DNA from: Microcoleus sp.
GTDB taxonomy: Bacteria > Cyanobacteriota > Cyanobacteriia > Cyanobacteriales > Microcoleaceae
Direction of reading: 5' to 3'
NCBI GenBank assembly: GCA_042408215.1
Contig: JAYFMW010000020.1
Location: forward strand, 224,001-288,000
Length of the DNA: 64,000 nucleotides
In this document: positions 39,801 through 51,520 of the stretch, one piece after another
How positions within the stretch are numbered: the first letter of the stretch is position 1
Layout of the letters: each line of letters begins with the position of its first letter
Position numbers and translations under genes: made by a program
The notes under the pieces: generated by a model
Database searches by the model: none
Seen by the model: the letters and a program-made list of their open reading frames with translations, nothing else
Told to the model about the DNA's origin: nothing

Positions 39801-41053
39801 CTGACAATTCCCATGACTCCCACCAGCCTTTCTTCGACAATCAAGGGGTAGCCTGCGAAGGTAAAAATCTGCTTTTGGAAATTGGAACTTGCCGCTAGTT
39901 GGCGACTATTAATAATCGCCAATTCCGCATAATTTCCAGTTGTTTCTGCCCCGGATTCTGACTCCCAGCGTCCCAAATTATTCAGTTCAAATCCGCAGTC
40001 AATTTCCGGTTTTTGCTGTTGGGCGATCGAGTTAACCTTACTTTGAATAAAGCTAGTCACAGCTTCTGTGCGAATGTAGACTCCGGCGGCGGCTTGCTGT
40101 TCGAGAATATTTTCTTGATAGTTTAAAGTCCAAATTTCAGCAGAAGCAACATCGAGATTTTGCACCATTGCTTCGCAGCAGGGAAGCAAGATATCTTGGG
40201 GGTGTTTGGTGAGGGCAATGCCGACATCAGCCACCATTGCTGTCAGGCGAGAACCTTGAGCTTTTTCTGCTTCCAGCAGCTTGCGATCGGTGATATCTTC
40301 CACTAAAGAAAGTACCGTAAAAGTATCCCCGCTGCGAATAATCGAGTTAAACCAGCGACACCAAATCACCTCTCCGCTTTTAGTATGATTGCGATTAATA
40401 GAAGTATTGCCTTGTCCCGCAGCCAGTTCAAGTTCGATCGCACTTACAGCCTCTCTATCTTCCTCGCAAACTAAGCCCAAATCGCCAAACTGCTTGCCCA
40501 TCATTTCATCCGATGTCCAGCCAAAAATATCTTCAGCGCGTTTCGACCACTGAACGATCCGAAAATCTTCATCCCAGCCTACCATTGCCAGGGGAGTATT
40601 AGCGGCATTCAACCATAGTAAATGGTTCGAGTGGCGCAACTGCTCAGTTTTCTGCTGTTGCCAGCGGTAGTGCCTGGTAATATCTCGACCAACACTAAAA
40701 ACCCGCATCTGGTTGCTAGAGGCATCCACAACTGGCGTGTAAGCCGTTTCGTAAATTTTTATCCCGCCGTCTTTTGCTGTCACTTCGTGGATAGCAATTC
40801 TTTTTTCCCCTGTAATTAATACTTGTTGCAGGCAGGCATCTATCTGTGCAATAATATTTTTTAGAGCTGGATTGTTGGGATATAATTGCAGTAATTCGTG
40901 ACTTGTTTTGTTGGCTATTTCGACAGGTTCTAATCCCATCCAGGCGGCGGCAACAGGATTAACAGATATGTACTTTTGCTGTATATCGAACTCTAGGAAA
41001 GCATCAACAGAGTTAGATAAGAATGACTGAAACCAGTTGATAACTTCCGGCAT
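36818..41053 (-). CDS. multi-PAS/GAF cytoplasmic histidine kinase
   Basis: Repeated PAS-PAC ends (DITER), GAF segment, EKMSSLGQLVAGIAHEINNP, DPFFTTKPVGKGTGLGL. Confidence 0.93.
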   Translation of the reverse strand: MPEVINWFQSFLSNSVDAFLEFDIQQKYISVNPVAAAWMGLEPVEIANKTSHELLQLYPNNPALKNIIAQIDACLQQVLITGEKRIAIHEVTAKDGGIKIYETAYTPVVDASSNQMRVFSVGRDITRHYRWQQQKTEQLRHSNHLLWLNAANTPLAMVGWDEDFRIVQWSKRAEDIFGWTSDEMMGKQFGDLGLVCEEDREAVSAIELELAAGQGNTSINRNHTKSGEVIWCRWFNSIIRSGDTFTVLSLVEDITDRKLLEAEKAQGSRLTAMVADVGIALTKHPQDILLPCCEAMVQNLDVASAEIWTLNYQENILEQQAAAGVYIRTEAVTSFIQSKVNSIAQQQKPEIDCGFELNNLGRWESESGAETTGNYAELAIINSRQLAASSNFQKQIFTFAGYPLIVEERLVGVMGIVSHQPLTQAFLDTLASVADVIALGIQRKRAEADLKAAKGFLNSVVENLPVGVFAKDASSLKFVLWNKAGEAIAGVTSQEAIGKNDYDIYPKEQADVFTAQDREILTGYDSNSIVKDIAEEPIQTRHKGLRILHTRKVPILDAQGNPQYVLGITEDITERRQVDESVRLYDQIVENMQIGLYVYHLENINDDSSLRAIASNPAATKFTGLEMADVLGMTIDEIFPNSRSKNIPQVFASVIRGQKAVELEDIDCDECERITRAFSMKAFPLPNNCVGVAFENITDRKCLELELKAALEQTERSEQLLRTVIDKSSDWIFAKDQNFRYILANKSFAEAIGKTLEETIGKNDLELGFAEELVFGNPAENIRGFRTDDSAVMAGEIIHNPCDPATFADGSVHIFDTQKVPLRDAEGNVFAVLAFAHDITERHQAQEALRRSEARFRSLVANIPGVVYRWRCDFSTTFISDAVYLLAGYPAADFLSPPDRGGRTFASVIYSEDLAKVEETIRKEIENKQCYSLEYRLLAADGTIKWVWDKGSPVFAEDGSVYCLDGVIFDISDRYYAQEALRQKTSELEAVFRALPDLYFRLDSDGIILDYLSGSSSDLYLPTEHFMGQRMTDILPQNVASQFAQAILEISEHRNSRDIEYSLSMSEVEKTYEARLLPFNSDQIIILARNITLRKQAESQLKDKNRQLEQTLKQLGTTQAQLIQAEKMSSLGQLVAGIAHEINNPVSFIYGNIIYARDYARNLLQLCSLYEEHYPEPVAAIAELAEEIEIEFIQQDFPHLLNSIQTGADRIHHIVLSLRNFSRLEESDIKRVDIHEGIDSALLILQHRLKENGRIRNIEIVKEYGKLPPVQCYVGQLNQVFMNILNNAIDALVDVRNRKGELAGDSETERQDFPGLPVSCNASPSIRIQTEVLENNRIAIAISDNGPGMAESVKSRIFDPFFTTKPVGKGTGLGLSISYQIVVERHCGSLRCISAPGGGTKFAIEIPIRQR

Positions 41054-41195
41054 GGGTATTTTTCAAGCTGTTGCAAGTTAAGCTCAAGCATTTTGATAAA
41101 AATAGTTTAACTTACTCAAAGATTTTGTGCAGCCTAGCACTTTTACGCCCGCAACAACTCTTGACGATCCAAAAATTTAATTTAAAGTTTTTTAT

Positions 41196-41480
41196 CAGAA
41201 AATTGGGTTTAAAACCCCGTCCTTGTAGGACGGCTTTTTCCATTGTTAAGTAATATAACAACATCCATCTAAACAAATGAATATGGGAGAATAAACAGAT
41301 CAGACAAGATTTAAAAACCTACCCCCGGACTGGGGGAAAGTCTACGCCCAAAACATTCACAGAGGAGACATGACTACGCACTTACGTGCAAACGTGGTCA
41401 GCCTGGGAACTAAGCGCAATAGGGATATTAAGACCGAAAAGTCTTAAGAATCCCCATGCCTTTAGGCTGGGGAGTGTCAA
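41196..41480 (+). mobile_element. non-autonomous IS200/IS605 mini-element (left end joined to right-end/omegaRNA region)
   Basis: Left end GAAAATTGGGTTTAAAACCCCGTCCTTGTAGGACGGCTTT nearly identical to the left end of the tnpB element at 60.0 kb; right end AAGAATCCCCATGCCTTTAGGCTGGGGAGTGTCAA like the 47.1 kb element. Confidence 0.8.
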
Positions 41481-41707
41481 GGAGATAGCTTAATTAAAGC
41501 AGATTTTCTGTTTCTTAACAAGACGCAACCTATACAAAACATATAGCGGTTCGGTAATTGGGTCTAGGGCATGGGGCCTAGGGCATGGGGCATGGGGCAT
41601 GGGGCATGGGGCATGGGGCATTGGTAATTAGTAACTAATGACAACAGTCAACAGTCAACTAATGACTGCTGACTGCTGACTAATGACTAATGACTAATGA
41701 CTAATGA

Positions 41708-43399
<1,692 letters not shown>

Positions 43400-43430
43400 G
43401 TTTTGTCTCCATTCGCTTACATTAGCAAAT

Positions 43431-43457
43431 TTAGCACTCTCTGAGGCTGAGTGCTAA
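43431..43457. promoter_or_regulatory. CIRCE element (HrcA operator)
   Basis: Perfect TTAGCACTC-N9-GAGTGCTAA 31 bp upstream of the groEL start. Confidence 0.97.
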
Positions 43458-43692
43458 TTCGATCGATTTTAGATTTGGGTTGCGGGCGATCGCCCAGTCC
43501 GGTTAAAGTCATCGCAGTGCACAATTCTCGCTTAACAGGCTTTCCGGCCTGTTCCACAAACAGTGAATTTTTTTTGTGGGGAGTAGGGGTTGGGCATCCT
43601 GCCTGCCCTAAACTGAATTATCTGTATACCCACGAACATACGGATATAATGTGATTTGTCACATTTATTAATCAAATTTTCCCTCTTCCTCA

Positions 43693-43820
43693 TTCCTTCT
43701 TCCGACCTTCATCGGACTTTCATCCGTTACATCCCGTACATTGCTCGTTGCCGAACTTCCTTCTTCCGACTTTCATCGGACTTTCATCCGTTACATCCCG
43801 TACATTGCTCGTTGCCGAAC
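43693..43820 (+). repeat. 64-bp tandem duplication (1 mismatch) upstream of the ABC transporter
   Basis: TTCCTTCTTCCGAC(C/T)TTCATCGGAC...GTTGCCGAAC at 43693-43756 and 43757-43820. Confidence 0.9.
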
Positions 43821-43828
43821 CTCTACCT

Positions 43829-45577
43829 ATGGCTCGTTATTCTCGACTGCAAAAACTGGGCTCTTATATGCGCCCGCACTGGAAACAGGCATTTTGGGGC
43901 GTTTTCTCCCTGTTAATTGTCAATGCTGTGGGCGTTTACATTCCCCTGCTGATTCGGAATGCAGTTGACACTCTGCAAGTAGCGCTCAAATTTGACCAAG
44001 TTTTGAACTACGTGATGCTGATTCTGGTACTCGCCTCAATCATGTGGGTGATTCGGATGGCGTCGCGGATTTTGCTGTTTGGCGTGGGGCGTCAAGTCGA
44101 ATTTGACCTCAAACAGCAAATATTTAATCATTTATTAACTTTAGAACCGTCTTATTTTGCTGCTAATACAGTCGGAGATTTAATTAACCGCGCTACTTCC
44201 GATTTGGACAATATTCGCCGCTTGGTGGGGTTTGCGGTGCTGAGTTTGGCGAATACAGCCTTTGCTTATGCTTTGACTTTGCCGGTGATGTTGGGGATTA
44301 ATGTGCGGCTGACTCTGTTGGCGATCGCAGTTTATCCTTTCATGTTAGTTTTGGTGCAGTTATTTAGCGACAAACTTCGCATCCAGCAGTTAGCTGTGCA
44401 GGAAGAACTGTCAGCGATGAGCGATTTGATTCAAGAGGATATGAGCGGCATTTCCGTAATTAAAATCTACGCTCAAGAAGAGAACGAACGCCGAGCTTTT
44501 CGCAATTGCAACGCAAAATTGCTGGATGCCAATTTAGAACTAGCAAAAACCCGAAATTTTCTTTTTCCGTTGCTGGGCGGTTTGGCAAGTGTGAGTTTGT
44601 TGGTGCTGCTTTCTGCTGGTGCGGGGTCAATTGCTAAGGGCGAAATTAGCGTTGGCGATTTTGTGGCTTTGCTGATTTATGTGGAGCGTTTGGTGTTTCC
44701 GACGGCGCTGTTGGGTTTCACAATTACTGCTTATCAACGGGGAGAAGTGAGTGTCGATCGCATCGAATCAATTCTTACCGTAGAACCCAAAATTTACGAT
44801 CAGGCTGATGCAATGGAAATACCAAATCCAGTCAAAGGCGAGATTGTAGCCCGCCACTTAAATTATAATTATCCTGGTGCTAATACCCCCGCCCTGAAAA
44901 ATGTTAATTTTACCATTAAACCGGGAGAAACCGTAGCAATTGTTGGGGCTATCGGCTCAGGGAAATCGACTTTAGCTAATGCGCTACCGCGACTGCTGGA
45001 CATTGATCCAGGTGAATTATTTGTAGACGGATTAGATATTACTCAGGTAAAGTTGACAGAATTGCGCGGGGCGATCGCCTACGTGCCCCAAGAAAGCTTT
45101 TTGTTCGGTACTACCATCAAGAATAACATCCGCTACGGCAATCCTTTAGCGGAACAGCCGGAGATAGAAGCAGCAGGAAAACAAGCACAAATTCACGCAG
45201 AAATCCTCAACTTTCCCCAGCAGTACAAAACAGTTGTCGGCGAGCGCGGAATTACTTTATCCGGCGGACAAAGACAACGGACAGCCCTGGCTCGCGCTTT
45301 GTTAGTTGACGCTCCCGTGCTGATTTTGGATGACGCTCTTTCGAGTGTTGACAATCAGACTGCTACGGATATTTTGAAAAATTTGGCAACGGGAACCGAT
45401 CGCAAAACAGTGATTTTCATCTCCCATCAAATGTCGGCGGCTGCTAGTGCCGATCGCATTTTTGTGATGGAGAAGGGAGAAATAGTGCAAGTGGGAACTC
45501 ACAGAGAATTAGTAGGGCAAAAAGGGCTTTATCAGTATTTGTGGAACCAGCAACAATTAGAGGAATTATTGCATTAA
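43829..45577 (+). CDS. ABC exporter, fused permease/ATPase (MdlA/MdlB-like)
   Basis: TM domain, GAIGSGKST, LSGGQRQR, ILDDALS; likely start MARYSR. Confidence 0.92.
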   Translation: MARYSRLQKLGSYMRPHWKQAFWGVFSLLIVNAVGVYIPLLIRNAVDTLQVALKFDQVLNYVMLILVLASIMWVIRMASRILLFGVGRQVEFDLKQQIFNHLLTLEPSYFAANTVGDLINRATSDLDNIRRLVGFAVLSLANTAFAYALTLPVMLGINVRLTLLAIAVYPFMLVLVQLFSDKLRIQQLAVQEELSAMSDLIQEDMSGISVIKIYAQEENERRAFRNCNAKLLDANLELAKTRNFLFPLLGGLASVSLLVLLSAGAGSIAKGEISVGDFVALLIYVERLVFPTALLGFTITAYQRGEVSVDRIESILTVEPKIYDQADAMEIPNPVKGEIVARHLNYNYPGANTPALKNVNFTIKPGETVAIVGAIGSGKSTLANALPRLLDIDPGELFVDGLDITQVKLTELRGAIAYVPQESFLFGTTIKNNIRYGNPLAEQPEIEAAGKQAQIHAEILNFPQQYKTVVGERGITLSGGQRQRTALARALLVDAPVLILDDALSSVDNQTATDILKNLATGTDRKTVIFISHQMSAAASADRIFVMEKGEIVQVGTHRELVGQKGLYQYLWNQQQLEELLH

Positions 45578-45585
45578 TTTGGGAA

Positions 45586-45780
45586 TCGGGCATGGGGCAT
45601 CGGGCATGGGGAATTGGGAATGGCTAATTATTCCCAATTACGAATTACGAATTACGAATTACGAATTACGAATTACGAATTACGAATTACGAATTCCCAA
45701 TGCCCCATTCCCAATTCCCTATTCCCTATTCCCAATTCCCCATTCCCCATTCCCAATTCCCAATTCCCAATTCCCTATTC
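45586..45780. repeat. STRR heptamer arrays (ACGAATT)n and (ATTCCCA)n
   Basis: 7-bp tandem repeats between convergent genes. Confidence 0.9.
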
Positions 45781-46761
45781 CTTCTTCCTTCCCCGGACTT
45801 CTTCAACTCGACTGACTTGAAAAATTAGGGTGAATTTTTGACCCATTTCTTTTTCGATAAATGCTTCTAAAAGCTGCACCTGTTTCGGTGTCAAAGCTTC
45901 ACTGCTGCGAACAGTCAGGCGAACTTCGGCAGGCTCCTTCAACCAGTTAGTATCGCTGTTAATCAATTCCATGCGTTGAAAGGTAATAGTTCGGTTGAGC
46001 AATGCCCGCTTCAGACTGGCTTCGAGTTGGGCTTGCTGGAGCAATTCCGCAAAGCCCACACCCAGGGGAACAATCAGTATCGCCGTCAAACCCAGCGCCC
46101 ACAAAATGGCTTTACGGGCGCGATTTAGGGGGGTGTAGCCTGCTATTAAAAAAGTCAGCATACAGGAGAGAGTAATGCCCAACAAATTGGTCACGTACAG
46201 GAGGCTTGCTCCCAGACTGAGCGACCAATTACCCTGAGATAAACCCAAGCCAATCACACAAATTGGCGGCATGAGAGCCACAGCAATTGCTGTTCCCGCC
46301 AGAGTACCGGAAACTTTGGGCTGAACTTTGGCAAAGCCGCTAATTCCCCCAGCAGCGATCGCAATTCCTAAGTCCAGTAACGTGGGTTTAGAACGAGCTA
46401 AAACTTCGCTCCCAAAGTCTGGAATTCCTACCAAAGAACCGAGCAACCAAGCTAAAATAATTGCGAGAATCGTCCCCACTGCGACTGCAATTAAACCTTT
46501 GCGGAAAATGACTACGTTACCTTCTACCGCTCCAAATGCTAATCCTCTAATTGGCAACATCAGAGGAGCAACGATCATGGCACCGATAATCACGGCGGCA
46601 CTATTGGAAAGCAGTCCAAGAGTGGCGATAATACAGGAGCTTAAAATTAATACAAGATAGTTAATATCTAGGGTGGATTCTGACAATAATTCAATTGTGA
46701 TTTGGTTGAAGTGCTGTGGATCGACATTTTTTGTGTTGAAATATTTGAAGTTGTCTCGCAT
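45775..46761 (-). CDS. DUF389-like membrane protein
   Basis: IATLGLLSNSAAVIIGAMIVAPLMLPI, GTAIAVALMPP. Confidence 0.88.
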   Translation of the reverse strand: MRDNFKYFNTKNVDPQHFNQITIELLSESTLDINYLVLILSSCIIATLGLLSNSAAVIIGAMIVAPLMLPIRGLAFGAVEGNVVIFRKGLIAVAVGTILAIILAWLLGSLVGIPDFGSEVLARSKPTLLDLGIAIAAGGISGFAKVQPKVSGTLAGTAIAVALMPPICVIGLGLSQGNWSLSLGASLLYVTNLLGITLSCMLTFLIAGYTPLNRARKAILWALGLTAILIVPLGVGFAELLQQAQLEASLKRALLNRTITFQRMELINSDTNWLKEPAEVRLTVRSSEALTPKQVQLLEAFIEKEMGQKFTLIFQVSRVEEVRGRKKE

Positions 46762-46861
46762 AGTATTTATCCCAGTATTCTGATTGAATTAGCTAGCCAG
46801 CATGACCAAAGATTAAGAGTTACAAATTTGGCTTAAATAGATGTTTTTGAGCGATTAGTTA

Positions 46862-47130
46862 TTAAAGTTTTTTTCGCTCTTGAAAAACTTCTTCTAACAA
46901 AGAAGAAGGCAGCTCGTTCAATTCACCGGAGCGAACGAATTCAGCATAAGTATCGGCTTCGATCGCCCGTAAATCCCCTTCGATTTTCTCGATCGTCAAT
47001 TCCCGCAGTTGAGGAGATCGATCGTACATTTGGTTGATTTCTGCTTGTAGAGAGTCGAATTTTTGTTGAAGGCGACTGACTAGACGATCGTAAAACTCCG
47101 GCTCGATTTTAGGCTCGCTAGATATTTGAG
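46862..47130 (-). pseudogene. 3' fragment (cytoplasmic tail) of the interrupted Na+/H+ antiporter
   Basis: QISSEPKIEPEFY...LRAIEADTYAEFVRSGEL resembles the C-terminal tail of cyanobacterial CPA1 antiporters; abuts the IS right end. Confidence 0.75.
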
Positions 47131-48677
47131 TTGACACTCCCCGGTCTAAAGACACGGGGATTCTTAAGGACAAACTTTGGGGGATGAATCCGCCCAAAGT
47201 TTAATTCTTAAAGGGTTAGTCAGAAACCCCCTACCCACTCGCTCAATAATTAAGTCTATGGCTACTTTTGACTTTCTAATGATATTAGCAGCACCGTTAA
47301 CATCTGCATTGATTAACAACCCAGCGCTAGAACGGTACAATCCTCTTTTGATTCTTTTACCCGATGGTTGCCAATTGTCAGGTTTTTCACCGACTTTTAC
47401 TGGCAAAATGTCTCGGTCTAAAAAACTTGCTTTTGATGTGTAAGATTCGTCTTGTTCAACAAATCGCCACCCTCTTAAGTCGCATTCGTGCTGGAGTCTA
47501 TCTTTGACTTTAGCTGTGGGTATTTGGACAAAATTCTGATTAGTTACGACCCCCATATTAACCTCTTGCTTCTGTGCCTTGTTCCAGCCAAAGACTAAGA
47601 CGTTTATTTGGTTATTTTCGCAATAATCTACGATGGTTCTAACTGCTTTGTTGACAGCATCTCTCATCCTTCTAGTGCGAGTTTCCGACAACTGCTGCAA
47701 TCTTTTTGACGAGAAACCTTTAGGCAGTTTATGTATTGCGTGTTCTGATTGAACTCTCGCTTTTTCTTTATTAAACCATTGGTTCCAAGACTTGAGTCTA
47801 AGTCCATCAATGATGAAAGGTTTACCATTGCTAGAGACACAAGTTAACCAGTTATTGATGCCGTGATCGATGCCCAGAACCCCTGTCACTTCCAAGCTGC
47901 AACTAGGGGCTTGTTCAGTCAGAGATTCGTAGACATATTCGACCCATACCGCACCATTCCTAGGGATTAACCTGAGTTCTTTGATCTGGCAATTCTTGAT
48001 CCGTTCAGGTAGTGGAACCCAAATCGCATCTTTCCCAAAGTATTCTTTTCCTTTTTTACCCAGGGGTAATCTGATTTTATTTCCAATTACCTTTAAGGCT
48101 TGACCGGGATATGAAACAGGGTACATTCCCCCTTTGGTTCTGTACCTTGGTAGTCTCGGTTTTTGATGGATTTCTCCTTGATTTGCCAACTTCTCTAAGG
48201 CTCGGAAAGAAGTAAAAGATTCTGCGACAGATTTAAGAGATTGTTGGGCAACTTGAGAGTATAGCAACCCGTAATTTTCGTTGGTTTTGGTGATTTTATA
48301 CAAATCTGGATATTTAACTACGCTTTGGTTCTTAAAGTATTGTTTCCGACTTTCGTAAGTGCCGACATTAAACAGATTATTTGACCATCTTAGTAGTTGT
48401 TCGACAATGGTTTTGTCGAGTCCCTTTAAACGCCAAACATCTTTTTGTACTGCGTACATTTAATTTACTGGCTGTGATGATACTATGTTTAGTATAGAGC
48501 GTGAATTAACCAGTTAATTAATCCTAAACAAATCTTTACCTTGGTCTCAATTGCTAGAAGTATTTGTACGGGACGGTTAAACATTATGTTATATTGAAAC
48601 TTACGAACAGGCAGGATAAATCCTGCCACGCCCTTTCATCCCTGGACTAAAGTCACAGGGTTTTCAGGGTATTTCTT
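47131..48677 (-). mobile_element. IS200/IS605-family tnpB-only element inserted in the antiporter gene
   Basis: Right end AAGAATCCCCGTGTCTTTAGACCGGGGAGTGTCAA; left hairpin CCCTGTGACTTTAGTCCAGGG following TTTAT. Confidence 0.85.
47164..48459 (-). CDS. tnpB: TnpB RNA-guided endonuclease family protein
   Basis: LGIDHGINN, QDESYTSKASFLD, GKRIKRGLY, INADVNGAANI. Confidence 0.92.
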   Translation of the reverse strand: MYAVQKDVWRLKGLDKTIVEQLLRWSNNLFNVGTYESRKQYFKNQSVVKYPDLYKITKTNENYGLLYSQVAQQSLKSVAESFTSFRALEKLANQGEIHQKPRLPRYRTKGGMYPVSYPGQALKVIGNKIRLPLGKKGKEYFGKDAIWVPLPERIKNCQIKELRLIPRNGAVWVEYVYESLTEQAPSCSLEVTGVLGIDHGINNWLTCVSSNGKPFIIDGLRLKSWNQWFNKEKARVQSEHAIHKLPKGFSSKRLQQLSETRTRRMRDAVNKAVRTIVDYCENNQINVLVFGWNKAQKQEVNMGVVTNQNFVQIPTAKVKDRLQHECDLRGWRFVEQDESYTSKASFLDRDILPVKVGEKPDNWQPSGKRIKRGLYRSSAGLLINADVNGAANIIRKSKVAIDLIIERVGRGFLTNPLRIKLWADSSPKVCP

Positions 48678-49854
48678 ATAAAACTACGCCAAACACGATC
48701 GCAATAATGTTTTCCCGATCGGGGAAAACATCCGGCACGCTCAAAGCTAAAGCAATGGATACAGTGCCCCGCAATCCTCCCCACCAAATCACTGTTTGAT
48801 CGGCTAAGGAAATTTCAGATTTTGCCAACCAATTGCTCAACCATCCCAAACCAAAAATAGATATCGCTCGCGTGAAAAACATCGCTGTAACAGTGATAGC
48901 AATCAGTCCTAAATTCGCTGCCAAACCAGCAAAACTAATTCGATCGCCAATCAGCAGGAACACGATCGAATTTACGAAAAACGCCAAAAAATTCCAAAAT
49001 TGAGTTACCGCCAGTCTGGTACTGGGCTGCATACCGATCCGAGAGCCGAAATTGCCAAATATCAAGCCCATCGCGACCACACCAATCACCCCAGAACCAC
49101 CCAATTCCTCAACAATTATATAAGTGCCGTAGGCGGAAACTAAGGTTAACGATTGCTCTACCAAAGGTAAATCAAACCGTTGGATGAGATAGGAGATCCC
49201 AAAACCGATCGCACTCCCGACAGCAATCCCAATTCCCACAAAAACTAAGAAACGCGCCACCAGCAATGGGATGCCAACTTCATCCGTCCCTAAAGAGAAT
49301 CCCACCAAAAAAATAAAGGCAACAATAGCAATGCCATCATTAAATAAACTCTCACCCTCCACCAGTAAAGCTAGGCGTTTTTCAACTCCCAATTCCTCGA
49401 ACAATGCAATTACTGAAACAGGATCGGTGGCAGATATACTAGCTCCTACCAACAGGGCGATCGCTAAAGAAACTCCAGCTATTTTGTTGAGAGCAAAAAC
49501 CACGCCAGCAACAGAAATAACGACACCCAAAACCGCATAAAGACCGATCGGCACTAAATCCCGCTTGAGTTGAGACCATTCCAAATTCCAAGCAGCTTCA
49601 AACAAAAGAGGCGGCAAAAAAATCAACAGAATCTGTTCGGGCGATAGCGTCACCAGCCGCACATCTACAAAAGCCAAACCCAACCCGACAATTACTAAAA
49701 GCAGCGTGTAGGGAATTTGGCGCAACCAGCCCCATATTTGCGGCAGCACCGCCACAGTTAAGGAAACTGATAGCACTAAGAGAAATTGCTTAAGATTCCC
49801 CTCGATCGTCATTTCGCCAATTAGAGTTTCTGCGGTCATAAAATCCCAAATCAA
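48676..49854 (-). pseudogene. Na+/H+ antiporter (CPA1/NhaP family), 5' part truncated by IS
   Basis: FLPPLLFEAA, ISATDPVSV, EGESLFNDG, WGGLRGTVSIALAL; stops at FGVVL exactly at the IS junction. Confidence 0.88.
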
Positions 49855-50029
49855 ATATTTAAGGTTTCAGTCGTCCGGCACCCTTTGAAGGCGATCGCTT
49901 CCCTGTACCGAATACAGCGGGGGACTTAGGGCGAATCAGCTAAATTTGCTGCATTTAATTTCGAGAGGGCGATCGGCAAAAATTGACTTATAATAAAGGT
50001 ATCTACTCCACTCCCATCATACCAGAATC

Positions 50030-50440
50030 ATGCTCGCAGAAACAAAAGCAACACTTTGGCCCAGCCTAGTTACCGCCTCAGCATTATTACTCTATTTTAT
50101 TGTCACGATCAACGTCGGCAGAGCTAGATTCAAATACAAAGTTTCTCCCCCGCAGGTGACAGGAAATCCCGACTTTGAGCGAGTATTGCGAGTGCAGCAA
50201 AACACCTTAGAGCAAATGATTCTATTTTTGCCCTCCCTGTGGCTTTTCTCGCAATTTATCAGCCCAATTTGGGCCGCTGGCATCGGTGCAGTTTGGATAA
50301 TTGGACGCATTTTGTTTGCTTGGGGATATTATCAAGCTGCGGAAAAAAGAGCCGTGGGTTTTGGTATTAGTACCTTAGCTACTTTAGCTCTGCTTGGCGG
50401 TTCCTTTACTGGCATCATCATGTCGCTGCTGAAGGTTTAA
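50030..50440 (+). CDS. MAPEG-family membrane protein
   Basis: VGRARFKYKVSPP..TGNPDFERVLRVQQNTLE, GRILFAWGY. Confidence 0.9.
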   Translation: MLAETKATLWPSLVTASALLLYFIVTINVGRARFKYKVSPPQVTGNPDFERVLRVQQNTLEQMILFLPSLWLFSQFISPIWAAGIGAVWIIGRILFAWGYYQAAEKRAVGFGISTLATLALLGGSFTGIIMSLLKV

Positions 50441-50520
50441 GCATAGCTTTTTACCGACATAATTGTTGTCTAGCACAGGCAAAATGCCTGTGCTTAATGT
50501 AATAAATTTTAGGAGGAAAT

Positions 50521-50697
50521 ATGTCAGAAACCAATAAACCTGTCTTTCAAATTAGCCCGCAACTTTTTCAGCAACTTGTCGATTGGCAAGAAAAAATTGC
50601 CGAAGAAGATGAATTAGCAAGTGATGCCGAATCCGAAAAACCAACTGAGGTAAAAAATCCGATCGAAAGTCAATCGATTTTAGATTTTAGATTTTAG
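50521..50697 (+). CDS. small acidic hypothetical protein (58 aa; absent from the ORF track)
   Basis: AGGAGG RBS just upstream; MSETNKPVFQISPQLFQQLVDWQEKIAEEDELAS...; stop falls inside a (GATTTTA)n array. Confidence 0.5.
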   Translation: MSETNKPVFQISPQLFQQLVDWQEKIAEEDELASDAESEKPTEVKNPIESQSILDFRF

Positions 50698-50811
50698 ATT
50701 TTAGATTTACCCCACGTATAAATGCGGGGGCTTGAGGATTTTAGATTTTGGATTTTGGATTGATTCCACGGATAAATCCGGGGGCTTGTACCACCTTTGA
50801 AATTATTGGTC

Positions 50812-51174
50812 ATGAAGAACATTCTCAAACAGATAATTCCTAGCTTGTGGCTGGCGCTATCTTTTGGATTTCCGGTTGCTGTGTCAGCCCAACCGGTGAC
50901 ACCCAGCCCAATTCAGCAAATCAATAGCGGTTTGTTTCCTTCTAATTCTCAAGATTTTTTTCGACAGGGAAATCGCCAACTGGAACAGGAAATTACAACT
51001 TTGTTGCAGAAGCGTTTAACTTCGGTAGGGGAGATTCTTGAGATTGATGAAAAATTGCGCTCTGAGCTTGGTCACAAAGAGTTTAAAATATCATCGCGCA
51101 ATTTTGATACAATAAATGCGGCTCTGGTTGCCAGTGTCAAGACAAAGGTTAAGGACATTTGCAGCCACAATTAA
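50812..51174 (+). CDS. hypothetical secreted protein
   Basis: Signal-peptide-like MKNILKQIIPSLWLALSFGFPVAVSA; SQDFFRQG..QLEQEI. Confidence 0.6.
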   Translation: MKNILKQIIPSLWLALSFGFPVAVSAQPVTPSPIQQINSGLFPSNSQDFFRQGNRQLEQEITTLLQKRLTSVGEILEIDEKLRSELGHKEFKISSRNFDTINAALVASVKTKVKDICSHN

Positions 51175-51520
51175 AATGAAAGTGAGGGAACTATTCAAAC
51201 TTTAGTGTTGGATCGAGAAGTAATGGCAAAATTGAAACTAGCCATGCTGGAAGCTGAAACGGCTGCTCAATTGACGGCGATCATTATTGATTACACTCAT
51301 GAGGAAATGATGATAGTTTTTCAGGCGCTAGAATGGGAACAGCAGGAGAGAATTAAGACTGTTTGGAAGACTGTTAGTTAAAGTAGATTTGCAGACAGGG
51401 GTTTTAATTTTTCACCGCAGATGTAAGCAGATAGACGCGGATTAACGCAGATTTAATTGGATTTTTTCTTGTTCGCTGTGTTTAATCATCTGAATTTTTA
51501 CACAGCGAACAATGACATAT

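Noticed and set aside
46862..47197. 111-aa ORF as an independent gene
   Set aside because: Its start lies within the IS right end; the rest is the antiporter tail.
50709..50792. Two CCACG(T/G)ATAAAT(G/C)CGGGGGCTTG hairpins resembling IS605 ends
   Set aside because: No paired end or cargo; treated as dispersed repeats.
51175..51381. In-frame continuation after the stop of 50812..51174 (possible readthrough or pseudogene)
   Set aside because: Equally explained by an independent 52-aa ORF from ATG 51223; no evidence to join them.
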